A DNA stretch of 64,000 nt from Microthyrium microscopicum. Its lineage: Eukaryota. The notes under the pieces were generated by a model, which saw only the letters and a program-made list of their open reading frames with translations, ran no database searches and was not told where the DNA came from. Positions 26,107-38,700 of the stretch are shown here, piece by piece. The stretch is from NCBI GenBank assembly GCA_010405405.1, contig MU004232.1:69540-133539 (forward strand), written 5' to 3'. The position numbers and the translations under genes were made by a program. The first letter of the stretch is position 1; every line of letters starts with the position of its first letter.

Positions 26107-27033
26107 TTATGAAGGTGCTATGGTTTTGGTGGTAAACAATGACTGGGTGAGGTTTCGCGACAGTTGCATACCTCTCAGCACTCTCCAAAAAATGATGGAA
26201 AGTGGCAGTCTCGTTGGACAGGGAACCAGGGTCAGACTAGCGCGTGCACGGCTAGCGTTCCTTCCACTTCTAGACTTTTGTTGCGTCCCTTCAGCCTTCA
26301 GGAATGTCTTCTTAAGTTCTTTCAACTTCATCTCCCCAAAACACCACAATATCTCAATTTCGAGGAACCACTTGAAGCATAAAGTTCTGTGTAAGGCTAA
26401 CTTCGAAGATGAGTTGAGGTGTCCATACGAGCTTGGAGCCTGAACGACTGCTACAGGCAGCGACATGGATATCAGTATATCGCGGCATCGCCAACCAGTC
26501 AACCTGTTCATTTGGACATCAAGCTCGTCAAAGTCTTCAGTATTCACTTCGGTCGTCACATGTCTCTTTGCGTATAGTCAATTGACCGTCCAAGGAGCGT
26601 CAAGCCGTATACTCACTCAAGGGCTCTGCGAAGCATATTCGAATCTCCAATCGATACGACTACTGAGTACGAGGAGATGATTTTCCATACAATTTCCTGT
26701 GTTGATATCTTGCTTTCCTGGTTGCTTCGTTGTCGAGCACACAAGCATGCATATCTTATCAAATTGACTCGTCCTGGATGGCAGTAATCCCCGTCAACTC
26801 AGGAAAGCAGTTTACACCTTTCGGAAGTCAGATACTGTAGACTTCTTTGGCTTCAGAAGCTGTAGCTTGAAGCTGAACAGAACTAAACTCTTTAGGAAAA
26901 GGGATGCATTTCCACGCGCACGAAAGACATGGACAGCTGCATCAATTGGCCAATCAAACAAGGGTGTGTTCTCGAGTCTCGACGCAAGAGCTTCGAGCTC
27001 TCTATTCCACGCCAATGCGCCATCCTCTTGCAT
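26107..27033 (-). CDS. Probable multi-exon hypothetical protein
   Basis: Collinear protein-like segments (26812-27033, ~26610-26770, 26107-26560) separated by GT..AG candidates and divergent from the epimerase gene. The splice phase is not fully resolved and no family was recognised. Confidence 0.4.
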
Positions 27034-27209
27034 CTCTTTGCTTGACCGCTTCTCGTACAAGCACACCTTTTTGTGGGCCCTGAACACACTGCGATATAAA
27101 TAAAATCTGTTCAGCTCCCTCCAATTCACTTCTTGTGTCGACTTTGCTCTTGCATTGTGCTGAACCCCCACCAACCCCTCCCGAGAATCCCCTCGAAAAC
27201 TCTCTCAAG

Positions 27210-28432
27210 ATGGCTGTCGGATCCGTTCTTGTTACCGGGTAAGGCTAGCTAGCTACACAACGAGTGCAAGACCATCAGGCTGATAAGAAGCAGAGGAACT
27301 GGCTACATTGGCTCCTTTACCGTCCTCTCTCTCCTCGATGCCGGCTACAAAGTCGTCATCGTAGACAACCTCGCCAACTCCTCCCCAGAGGTCATCAACC
27401 GCATTGAGCTCCTTACAGGCCAACGACCAAAGCTATACTCCGCAGACATCACCGATGAAGCTGCCCTGAGCAAGATCTTCACCGAGAATCCCGACATTGA
27501 CAATGTAATCCACTTTGCCGCCCTCAAAGCCGTAGGCGAGTCTGGCGAGATCCCGCTAGACTACTGGACCGTCAACGTCTACGGATCTCTCTGCCTTCTG
27601 AAGGCTATGGAGAAGCACAATGTGACCAACATCGTCTTCTCTTCCTCCGCCACCGTCTATGGCGATGCCACCAGAGTGCCCAACATGATCCCAATCCCAG
27701 AGCACTGCCCAATTGGTGCAACCAACGTCTACGGCATGACCAAAGTCGCAGTCGAAGACATGATCACCGCACAAGTCAAAGCCCAACGCAACAAGGCCAA
27801 GAAAGCTGGCAAGTCCGGCGAGCAATTCAACGGTGCTCTGCTACGCTATTTCAATCCGGCTGGTGCTCATCCTAGTGGTGTCATGGGTGAAGACCCACAG
27901 GGCATCCCGTACAACCTTCTTCCTCTTCTCGCCCAGGTCGCAGTCGGCAAACGCGAGAAACTCCTCGTCTTCGGCGACGGTAAGCTCCCTGCCTACAGAA
28001 CACCCTTATACATCGCTAACTTACCCCACAGACTACAAGTCCAAAGACGGCACAGCCATCCGCGACTACATTCACATTCTCGACCTCGCCAGAGGCCATC
28101 TAATGGCCCTCAACTACCTGCGAGAGAAGAAGCCAGGCGTCAAAGCCTGGAACTTGGGCACCGGGCTTGGCTCCACCGTCTTCGATATGGTCAAAGCTTT
28201 CAGCACCGCTGTCGGACGTGACCTACCATACGAAGTTGCGCCTCGCAGAGACGGTGACGTGCTCAACTTGACTGCCAATCCGGCGGCGGCCAACTCTGAA
28301 TTGGGTTGGAAGGCAGAGCGCACACTAGAAGATGCGTGTGAGGATCTGTGGCGGTGGACGAAGAATAACCCAGAAGGTTATCGACAGCAACCACCACAGG
28401 AGTTTGTGGATGCGATCAAGAAGAAGAACTAA
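27210..28432 (+). CDS. GAL10: UDP-glucose 4-epimerase (no mutarotase fusion), 3 exons
   Basis: VLVTG|GTGYIGS, VIHFAALKAVGES, FSSSATVYG, YGMTK, LRYFNPAGAHPSG, IRDYIHILDLA. Introns 27239-27293 and 27980-28031. Confidence 0.95.
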
Positions 28433-28979
28433 AGAGTGGAACGACCTGTCTGGGGACGGTCACGAATCAGGATGGTGACAATTGAGACGCTGGTCTGATC
28501 AGTTCTTCTCTACCCAAAAGTTTTATAACGAAAGTATGACTGTTAAAGACATAAAAGCATGGATAGATAGAATCCTGGAGCGCAAGAAAAGTTTGATATT
28601 ATCCTTTACCAAGTAAATTCTTTAGCTCTCAATCGAGTAATCCACATTTATGACCTGGAAGTCCATTCTGAAAAGCAATACGAAAAGCTGTTTTGTACTG
28701 TTGAAGCCAGTTGACGAAGAGAACGCAATGCTGGAGCTCAATGAGGTGCTAACAAAAAGTAAACACCATCACTATTTTTATATGATATCTAGTGACTGGA
28801 CAATGGATAATTACAGGGGTCTAGAGACTAATAAGTTAGCAGTAAGTTTCATGCAACTCTCTCCAACCCCTCAGCTAAACGCATATCAGATCGTTATTCC
28901 CGCATCCGTACTCAACTCCAGCTTCACTTGAAAATAGCAACCTACAACACCTCAACGCCAAGCTCAATCTCCTTTCGTT

Positions 28980-30602
28980 ATGGCGGAAACTGGGCTAGTC
29001 AGCTCGTTCCTAGCCGCAATCCAGGCGAGCTCCTCAGTTCTCCTCGTAATCCTCTACGGAGCTCTGGCCGCACGATTCAAGCTCCTCGACTCTGGCACAG
29101 GAAAAGTCCTCTCCAAAATATGCGTCCGCATGTTTCTCCCAGCACTTTTATTCACCAAGATTGGCTCCGAACTCCACGCCGAATCAGCCACTCGCTACGG
29201 AATAATCTTCCTCTGGGCTTTAATCTGCCACTTCATCTCCTTCCTCATTGGAGCCGGAGCACATCTCTTTCTAGGCATGCCAGATTGGATTACTGTTGCA
29301 ATTATGTTCAACAATACGACCAGTTACCCGTTACTTCTCATTGAGGCGCTGGATGAGACTGGAATCCTCAGTAGTCTGATTATTACGAATGAGAGCTCAA
29401 GAGATGCGATTGAGAGGGCGAAGAGTTACTTTTTGGTGTTTGCGACTGTGAGCTCTTGTCTTACTTTTGCGGTTGGACCGAGACTTATTGATTCGGAACA
29501 TGCGCCGGAGCCGGATGATGATAAGGTGGTTGATGGGGATGATGAGACTCTTGCAGATCCTCAGGAGCATGATGTGGAATCTAATGAGAATACTAGTTTG
29601 CTTCAGGTTCCTCCCCAGCCATGTATGTCTTCCTTTCATATTCTCAACCTATACGGACTACTTCTTGTGTGAGCTGGTCATGTATGGACTGTTGGCCAAC
29701 ATCATGGATCAGGCAAGGTACATTTGGAACATGACCGGTTGATCAAACTGATCGTTGGACTATGGTGGCTGTGATCCGAATAGTCAACCTGGAAGATATC
29801 TCGAATGTTTCATACTATCTAACTCTAAACTAACAACATCCAGATCACCGCGGCTCAGTCGCCTCAGTTTCATTCTTTCCTTCCACCAGGGAATACGAGC
29901 CAATACCATCTGATCGCCGACCATCACTCCTCCCAAAGAGCCGTTGGAACAAACTAAGCCCACGAACTCAATGGTGGCTCCTCTTCGCCTTCGACTTTCT
30001 CAACGCGCCCCTCCTAGGAGCAGTAGCCGGTGCAGTCGTCGGTCTGATCCCCGTGCTCCATCGCGCATTCTTCTCCGACACCCGCGACGGCGGAATCTTC
30101 ACAGCATGGCTAACCGCCTCATTCAAGACAATCGGCTCACTCTTCGTCCCACTGCCCGTCGTGATAGCTGGTGTATCGCTATATACGAGCTACATGGACG
30201 CGCGAAGACAAGGAGCAAGCTCATCGAATAGTGCTTCCGAGCTGCCGTGGCATGTAGCGCTCTTCATCATCTTCATTCGATTTCTGGTGTGGCCAGTGGC
30301 CTCGATAGGAATTATTTACGGACTTGCAAACAGGACGAGTATACTTGGTGATGATCCGATGCTGTGGTTTACTATGATGTTGATGCCGACTGGGCCGAGT
30401 GCTATGAAGTTGATTACCATGGTTGCTGTGAGTAATGCTACGGAGGAAGATGAGCATATTATTGCAAAGTTGTTGACGGTAAGATCTTCTATACTTCATA
30501 CGTGATTCGTGCTAATTGATTCAGTTGTCTTATATCATTTCACCGATACTTGCGTTTACAGTCGTTGGAAGCTTGAGGGCGAGTCAATCGATTATCTACT
30601 AG
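28980..30602 (+). CDS. Auxin efflux carrier / PILS-like membrane transport protein, 3 exons
   Basis: FLPALLFTKI, MFNNTTSYPLLLI, IRFLVWP, DDPMLWFTMMLMPTGPSA; two hydrophobic blocks separated by an acidic loop. Introns 29623-29843 and ~30479-30523. Confidence 0.88.
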
Positions 30603-31696
30603 CAGTCATGTTCATTTCAGATGACATGGTGTGAGGAGTATGATAGTTGAATCGGAGATTAATAAGCTGTATATAAGGTCGATCTGTATATCCTACAACG
30701 ATATGTCATCTCTTAACGTATTGTAGCTCTACATATACTGCTTTTCTGGGTGAAATCTATGAATGAATAAATAGGGGCTATAATCTTCGTGATGTTTACC
30801 ACGAGACGTAGTCAACGCGAGAGCTACAATTTGCGTTGATACAGCCCCTGGAATTTGACTCCGATAACTCGGAGAACACTACTAGAGCATTTTTTGAAGA
30901 TCCCGTGGAAGATCTGGATGCAGGGAAAATGCAACCTGCAGGATCGAGGAGTTTGCTTGATCACGATCCAGATCCTGGTGCTTTTGAATAGAGCTTTGCA
31001 GTGCAAGCGACTCGTCAGAAGCTATTGCAAGGCACTTTTCAGAGTCATTCTGATTACTTGAAAGAAACTATATTTGGGTATAGTGTATCTACTAAGGTTA
31101 GAGTAGGTTTGTAGCTTTTAAGAAATTATGTAGAGTTTGTTCTATGACATGTAAACGAAATCCTCCTAGTTTCATGAACCGCACTCATCGCCGTCCGTTG
31201 CTCATTATAGAACTTGTAGTGCCACAAAACCTGGCTGATGTGCTTTGGCACCTTATGCCAAGGTTGACCGCTTTGATATTGATGACAACTGCTTGCTATA
31301 TCACGACATGCACCTAGAGCAACTGCGTCTAGAATGGGCCTCGGCCATGCTCTTTGCTGGGCGTGCGATACTTGGAAAACTAGCCAGAATCGACGTCTGC
31401 GGCAGTATCGTTCCAGCTGAACCATTGGCGAGACAGTCTAGCAAGGCCGTGAAAAGCTTTGCTCGTAGCAACAGCAATGAGACCACCAATCTAAGGAAAC
31501 TGTATCGAGCTCCATCGTTGTTTTCGAATCGTGTCGCACATGGTCTGGAAACAAAATTTTGGGGCCTCCGGATAGTGCTTCGCCGAACTCGGCGTCTCTG
31601 CGATAGATCGCGCCTTCCAGAGGCGTCTTTGCACGCACAGCATGCTCAATAAAAGAAAAAAGTCGAGACTTGATCAACAAGCCCCATCATCCAAGA

Positions 31697-32857
31697 TTAT
31701 TTATGTTCCTGCCGGTTACTCCTTCGCGTATTGTGATTTGCCCATGCCAACAATGAAGATCTCTTTTTCCGCGAGCTTTGTGAGTTGTCGGCTGTGCCTA
31801 TGCTAGGTGCACTATTGTTCTGAGCGGGTGGTTGTGGTGCTTCTTCGTGCTTTGGTTCCGACATTTGTCCCGCGTTGTATATCTCGAACTCGGGTAATGC
31901 GAGGGCGTTGCTGCGGTCTGTATGCAAGCGCTGGAGGAATTGGTTCGTACGAGGAATTGCGGCGCTCAAGACAGAGACATAGGTGGTGATTTGGCTGAGA
32001 ACGGCTCGGGCAACTGTAATGCGTGTCTGATCGGAAGTACCTAGGAACGTAGGCATCATGATAAGTTCAGTCAATGCTGGTGCTAGAATGATTGCTCGCA
32101 AGCCAAATAGAATCGCGACCAGAGTGCGGTCGCGTATCTCCATTCGAAGGTCCCAAACGACTGGAATGATCATTGAAGCCAGTAGAACATCAGTCAAGGC
32201 GTTGAAGGAGATGATAGCATAGAAGAGGTTGCCATGTGTTGGACACTGTGCTGGCTGGAACACCCATGGCTCAGGAAGTGGACATTGGAAAGCGATCACG
32301 AACAGGGAAAAGATGCCCCAAGCTCCAATTGCGCCAAAGGTGAACATTTTGATTTTGGGATCCCTTGGAACAATTCTATCAGACAAGAGCATGAAAGCCC
32401 CCTTTGCAAAGACCATGGCAACGATTTCGGCGAAAGAAGCGGCATACTCGAACTATTGAAAATGACGTTAGTGTCTGGTTGCAAGTTAGCTTAAACGAGT
32501 AACGTGCCTTGAAAAAGTGACTAAGAGATGATGGATCAACATCATTGATGTGTTGACCCAAGCCGGCTTTCGCTGCTAAATGCCATAAGACTGAACTTGC
32601 AATAGCCCAAAGCTAAAGTCGTGATGTTAGTGGTGCTCAAGATGCAGTTGAGGAGAACAGGGGGCAATGGTACATACATTGGCAAGGACGTAGGCGGTAT
32701 CATCGAGTCCAAATAATATCTTGCGTTCAACAGATAACGAAAAGCGAATAATGGTGACAACAACCGATATGGAAACAAGAATGTAGCTCACAACAATGAC
32801 CGTTGGGCCAGTGTTCTCGGCAGTGAGAGAATTCAGAGGTGGTCGCTCTCCCGCCAT
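31697..32857 (-). CDS. Pth11-like (fungal rhodopsin-domain) integral membrane protein without CFEM, 3 exons
   Basis: GLDD..YV, G.G.HI..V, AFQC.LP.PW, TDVLL...P.VW.L.M pattern. Two introns (~32609-32679, ~32454-32501). The true 3' end is uncertain. Confidence 0.75.
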
Positions 32858-33171
32858 GATGTCGTCGGGGGTGGATGTAGAGCTTCAATGAGCTACAACA
32901 GTGAAATAGCAAAAGCTGGTATCACTATCAACGTACACATGACATGTTGTTGATTGAATCAGTGCATCTAAAAATGACTGTAAAGGTAAAGGTAGAAAAG
33001 CAGTGTTAAGGGACAAAGGAGGCAGTACGATGAAAGAGAAGTGATGTTGGCACTGGGCAGTAGGAGGAAGAAAATGGATGGTGATGGGGTGAGACTCGAG
33101 AGTCGAGAGATGGTTTGCGTGGGATCAATGCGGATGGAAGACAGAAAGGACAAGCCCAGCAGCTGGATGTG

Positions 33172-36100
33172 GAGGACAAGTTTCCACACACCCTACGTCG
33201 CGGCACCCCAAGATTCTATACACCCTCTAGGGGTGGCCTAGACCCTGTCACTAAATTTGGTATAGACGCTACTAAATCTAATAATAGGAAAGGGACCTAA
33301 GCGGAATATATATAAATCTATAGTAGAAGACTCTACTGCTACTAAAAGTAGATTTTACTTACTAAAGCTAGATCTATATCTATAGTAACGATAGGGTTCT
33401 TTACTAAGGTAAGAATTTTATAAAAAGGATAAAATTAATAGAATTTAATAGAAGGATTTTATATACTACTTTTTAGTAGAGATTTATACTATTAAATTAA
33501 ATATTAAGATATAGATATTAAATAAGTAAGCGCTAAAAGCTATAGATCTAGTTTTTATAATAGCTCTATATAGAAGTAGTATTTTAATGCTATATTACTT
33601 AAAATAGTATAAAATAGTAAAAATTTAGTATATAGTAGACTAAGAATAAATAGAATAGAATATACTACTTTTTAGTAAAGATTTCTACTATAGAGTTAGA
33701 CGTTAAAATATTAAGATTTTAAGAATAGCTATAGATCTAGCTTTAGGTATAAAAGTAATATTTTAATACTATAATATACTAAAATTAGCTAAAATTATTA
33801 AAAATCGTAAAAATATATAGTATATAAAGAATTAAGTAAGGAGATTAAATATACTACTTTTTAGTAGTAATTTATATTATAGAATTAGCTATAGAGATAT
33901 TAAGAAGTAAAGAAAATAAAGGGTAGGCTTTAGGTATATTTTTAGAAGCTTAGAACTATTTATATTAGAATATTAGCGTTTTATATTATATTTTATTTAA
34001 AAGATATTATATCTTTATTCTATTTCTACTTACTTATTTATAAATTATTATAGCGTTTTTATCTTTTAAATATAATATACTAATGTTTTCTAGATTTATT
34101 CTTATTAAAGAAGCTCTTAACTTTAAGGCTATGATTATTAAGAATCTAGTACTATTTATTAAATATATTAACTTTACTCTTAATAAAGAAAAACTAAAGC
34201 TAGATATCTTCCTAAACGATATTAATATATATAAGATATATAAAGCTCTTAATTTTTTACTAAAGCCTAATTTAATTAATTCTGTATTATTTACTAGCCT
34301 AATAAGTAATAAGGCTAGATTATAGTAGAAACTAACTCCTAGTTTAGTATAGAATATTTACTAAGATTTAGATACTATTCTTTATCTTATAATAGTAAAG
34401 ATAAAATTTAAAGTATATAAGAAAAGAGGCTCTAGAGGGGATTAATAGCTCTAGAAATACTAGTTTAATTTCTATCCTTAAGGAGTATGTACGTTTTTAA
34501 TAATTCCTAGATACGTTAATATAACTATAAGGAAGTAGGTACTAATATAGATTAATGTACTAAAAGAATATATTTATTCTATTAAATTAACTCTATAATA
34601 GTTATATTACTTAAAGTTATTTATAATAAAATAGATTATTAAGATATACGCTATCCTTAATAAGAATACCTCTAACTAGGATATTATTAATATAATCTAT
34701 AAATATATAGGCTAATAAGTTTTTTTTTAATAGGCGTTTTAGCTAAAGCGTAAGATATTTAGACGTAAGAAAGATAGATTTCTAAATAGTTATTATATAT
34801 TACTCTTCTAGATTAAAGCGCTAAAGGAAGCTAATCCTTAGGTATATATTAAAGTTAAGAAAGCTTCTATAAGGTAGATTTAACGTATATTTATATATCT
34901 ATTTATAAGTTAAGCTACTTTTACCTAGTTACTTAAAATTATTAGTTTAGATATTACTTATTATAAAATAAGATATAATACTAAGATAGTTATTATTGCT
35001 AGATTTAATAATAAAAGTAATATAATAATTTACGTATTTAGTATCTTTAAAGGAGAGAATAATAAGTCGTAGAATTAGATATATATATATCTAAGATGCG
35101 TAATATCTAGTATTAAGATTAGTAATCCCTATAAGTCTTAGCGCTAGTCTCTAAATTTACTATTATTCTAGCTAAATTATCTATTCTTCTAGCCCTTTCT
35201 TCTCCTCTTCCTTAATTATATCTTTAAAATTCCTAACTTTAACTAACTATATCTCTTCTAAAATTTCGCTCTACTATAATTACTAATTAAAACTAAGGCT
35301 TTTTAAATACGTTAGACTTAAATTTTAAGAAGAGTACTCTTAGTTAGTATACCTTTTACCTTAAATAGAATATTTAGTTCTATTTTAGTATATAAGTATT
35401 ATAATAAGTTACTAAATATGCTAATTCTATCTTAACTTACTAATAGAACTATCTAATACTATAAGATATTGCTATATACTCTATAAGCTTTAAATCTTAT
35501 ATTAAAAAGCTACTTAAAGAGAAGTAGATATAAGAATATTTCTCTACTTTATAATATAGTTAGTTAATATCTAATATTTCTAAGATTACTAATTTAGCTC
35601 TTAATAAATACTATTATAAGTATTCTATTCCTCTTTTAAATAGTATCTAGAATTATATTATTAAATAGCATACTAAACGTTAAGGAGTAGATAATTAAAT
35701 CTATACGTACTTAAATCTATACTAATATTTAATATCTATAGATCTTACTTATTGTAGTTAATAATTCTATAATACTACTAAATATTATACTAAAAGATAT
35801 ATTATTATTATTCTTAATTCCTCTAACGCTATTATCTTTACTACTATAATTAAATACTCTCTTTATTCTAAAAAATATACTATAGATATTAAATTTAGGA
35901 CCTATAATTACTATAGATAGTAGAATAAGTAATTTCTCTACTTATATATATTTAAAGCTATTATTGCTATTAAGAAGAATCTAATAGATTTTATATATTA
36001 TATCTAGTTAATTAAGTCCTTCTAAAAGGCTTATCTTAATATTATTAATAATAATAATAATAATAAGTATACTAAAATAACTAACTTCTATATAAAGCCT

Positions 36101-36615
36101 ATTAGTTTAACTAATCTTAAGATATTATCTAATAATTTTCTTCTTCTACTAATAATAGTAAAGATGTAAGAGCTATTATAAAAGAAGTAATAATAGCTAG
36201 GATAGCTAATTTAACCTCCTTTAGTAGTTTAATAAGTATATTTATGATATAAGAAAATAGAATATAATATATAGTTATATAGTAGCTAAGTTTTTAGGCT
36301 AAAATACTAAAGATTAAGGAGAATTACGCAATCTAGGATTAATTTCCTATTCTTTAGCTTATTTTATGTCTTAATATATACAATTTACTACTAATACTAA
36401 AATCTTACTTTAATAGTACCTAAAAATATACTTACCTAAAATCTTATAATTCTACTAATCCGCCTATAAATCTATATACATTCCGCTTAGGTCCCTTCCC
36501 TATTATTAGATTTAGTAGCATCTATACTAAATTTAGTAATAGGGTCTAGGCCACCCCTAGAGGGTGTATAGAATCTTAGGGTGCCACTAAGTAGGGGGTG
36601 TGAAAACTTCTCCTC
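33172..36615 (+). mobile_element. RIP-inactivated Mutator-like (MULE) DNA transposon, element A
   Basis: ~152-bp terminal inverted repeats (33172-33323 / 36464-36615). TSD CTGGATGTG at 33163-33171 and 36616-36624. Interior is AT-rich with TpA excess. Reversing RIP changes at ~35900-35960 gives T-C-D-C...W-Q-D-E-Q-F-(P)-C-L-H (SWIM finger). Confidence 0.88.
33461..33900 (+). repeat. Degenerate ~195-bp subterminal tandem repeat (3 copies) in MULE A
   Basis: ATATACTACTTTTTAGTA recurs at ~33461, ~33660 and ~33848, each followed by similar sequence. Confidence 0.75.
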
Positions 36616-37674
36616 CTGGATGTGGGAGAGACAAGAGAGAGAAGGTCTAGTAAAAGGTCGGGAAAAGTTGCTTTTGGGCCCCACGGTAAAAGTCAGTCCT
36701 CCCTGCCAGTCTGCCATTCTGCCACTCAGTCGCCAGGCTCAAATTCACTTTCCAGGCTTGAAGCTAAACGAACGCGATCAAGTGCCAGTTTTGCAAATGT
36801 CCGGAGAAGCTCAGCTTCAGCCAGTAACTTCTGGGCGGAAGATCGAAGACTCGCGGAATACGGTAGGAGTTGAATAATGCAGATAATAACGGGCTTATGG
36901 CCAAACTGGTTCATGAGAAAACGTAAAGCTCAACAACGGTGGAAGATTCCAACGTCGAAACACCAACAACCACAATGATTAACATCGAGGTTGTTGTATT
37001 GGGTTGGTTCATCTTGGCTTCGCCGTTTGGTTGCATAAAGAGGCGGCTTTGGCTTTGAAGTCTGCAGACTGCAGTCGGCAAGGACTCTTGCCGCGTGCCA
37101 TCATTTATCAAATGATAATCATTTAGGTTGCTGGTATCCTACGCGAAGCAAGAATGATATTTGCTGTCGTTTGATATATTGATTTTGCTGGTATGATGTA
37201 CAGTACTCGGCAGGGTGTCTTATCATTCATCCTATTTCGTCAATCGCTAAAGATCCAAAATCATCCTTGAGGGTGAGGCTTTGCTGAAGGATCGTAACAA
37301 AATGAAAGAAATCAACACCAACTTCCTGGGCCGCGCCAACGGGCCAAACGAAAGCTCAGCAGACAGCGCCAATTGTTCCGTGGCTGTAGCGGCGTGCTCT
37401 TGGGCGTGAACGCGTGCCGGGTTCCACTCCAAAGGCTGTACCCGTGGTCTCCACTATTTTGACGCTCGACTCGCAAGCCGCCTGCGACACGGCAAGTTTA
37501 CTCGATCGGTCAAATCGGATGGGCAGCTAGGTAACCCCCAGGGCGCACGTTGTCACAAGCTCTGTGTAGAAGAGATGCGAGCTTCTAGGTCCCGCGGGCC
37601 ATCCATCCGTCCCGTCATTCAGTTGTTGCAATTAGTGTATAAACGCTGTCAGTGACGATGATCATACCGAATAT

Positions 37675-38645
37675 TAAAAGAAGTTTCCACTGACCCCTTA
37701 CTCAGGCCCCCCCCGCCAGAGGCCCCCCTTCACCCTCCACCAGCTTGAGCTTAGATCTGTCACTAAATTAGGTAGCCCCGCCACCTAATTCAATGACAGG
37801 TCTAAGCTCAAGACGGATTTGCCTGACAAACCTAAGGCAAGGGTTAGCAGCCCTTTGAGACGCGTTTGAAGCCAAAATACGCTAAAAATTAGCGATAGTG
37901 ACGTCAACGAAGCGCGCGCGCACGTAAAGCAGGTATATATAGAGGTAGAGAGCACTAGGGGATAGGATCTACGTAGGAACAGGTATAGGAATAGGTAGAA
38001 GAATAGGCGTAAGAATAGGAGCTCAAAAGACGTAATTAAAGGTATTAAAGATTAAAGGTGTTAAGCTACTAAAACACGTCTTAATTAAGATCTAAAAGGA
38101 GTAAAAATGCTAAGCCTTACTAAGCCTCTCTATAATTAGCTAAAATTACTTATTAATAAGATAAATTAGATTAAATTACTAAGGCTTAGTACTAGTCCTC
38201 TACTAGAAGACATATTTTAGTAGCTTAATACCTTTAATTTTTAATACCTTTAATTACGTCTTTTAAGCTTCTATTCCTACGTCTATTTCTTTACCTATTC
38301 CTATACTTATTCCTACGTAGATCCTATCCCTTAGTACTCTTTACCTCTATATATACCTATTTTACGCGCGTACGCACGCTTCGTTAATATTACTGTCGCT
38401 AATTTTTAGGTTTATTTAGTATCTAGACGCGTTCCTTAAGGACTACTAGTGCCTTAGATTTATACTTAAATTTCCTTATTTTACTAAAGTATCCTAGCTT
38501 CTATACTTAGCCAATTATTAGATTTAGTAGTAGCACTAAGGCACTTTTTAACTTAGTATATACTAACGGTAGGAGTAGCAGGGAGGCTTAAGGAGGGCCT
38601 CTAGCAAGGGGGGCTTTAGGAAGGGGTTAGTGGAAACTTCTTCTA
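37675..38645. mobile_element. Non-autonomous foldback (near-palindromic) MULE-type element B, partly RIPed
   Basis: ~65-bp TIRs starting TARAAGAAGTTTCCACT. 10-bp TSD TACCGAATAT (37665-37674) / TACTAAATAT (38646-38655). Internal ~250-bp inverted arms 37832-38082 / 38208-38456. No coding relic seen. Confidence 0.88.
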
Positions 38646-38700
38646 TACTAAATATAGACAGCTTTAAGGTTAATAAGCGCGCCGTTTTATGTAACCTAAA

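Noticed and set aside
34083..34325. 80-aa I/K/N/L-rich ORF in the AT-rich island
   Set aside because: Chance open stretch in RIP-mutated transposon DNA, not a functional gene.
33041..36717. Two small ORFs with near-identical C-termini (33115-33300 + and 36487-36717 -)
   Set aside because: They are translations of the two TIR copies of element A.
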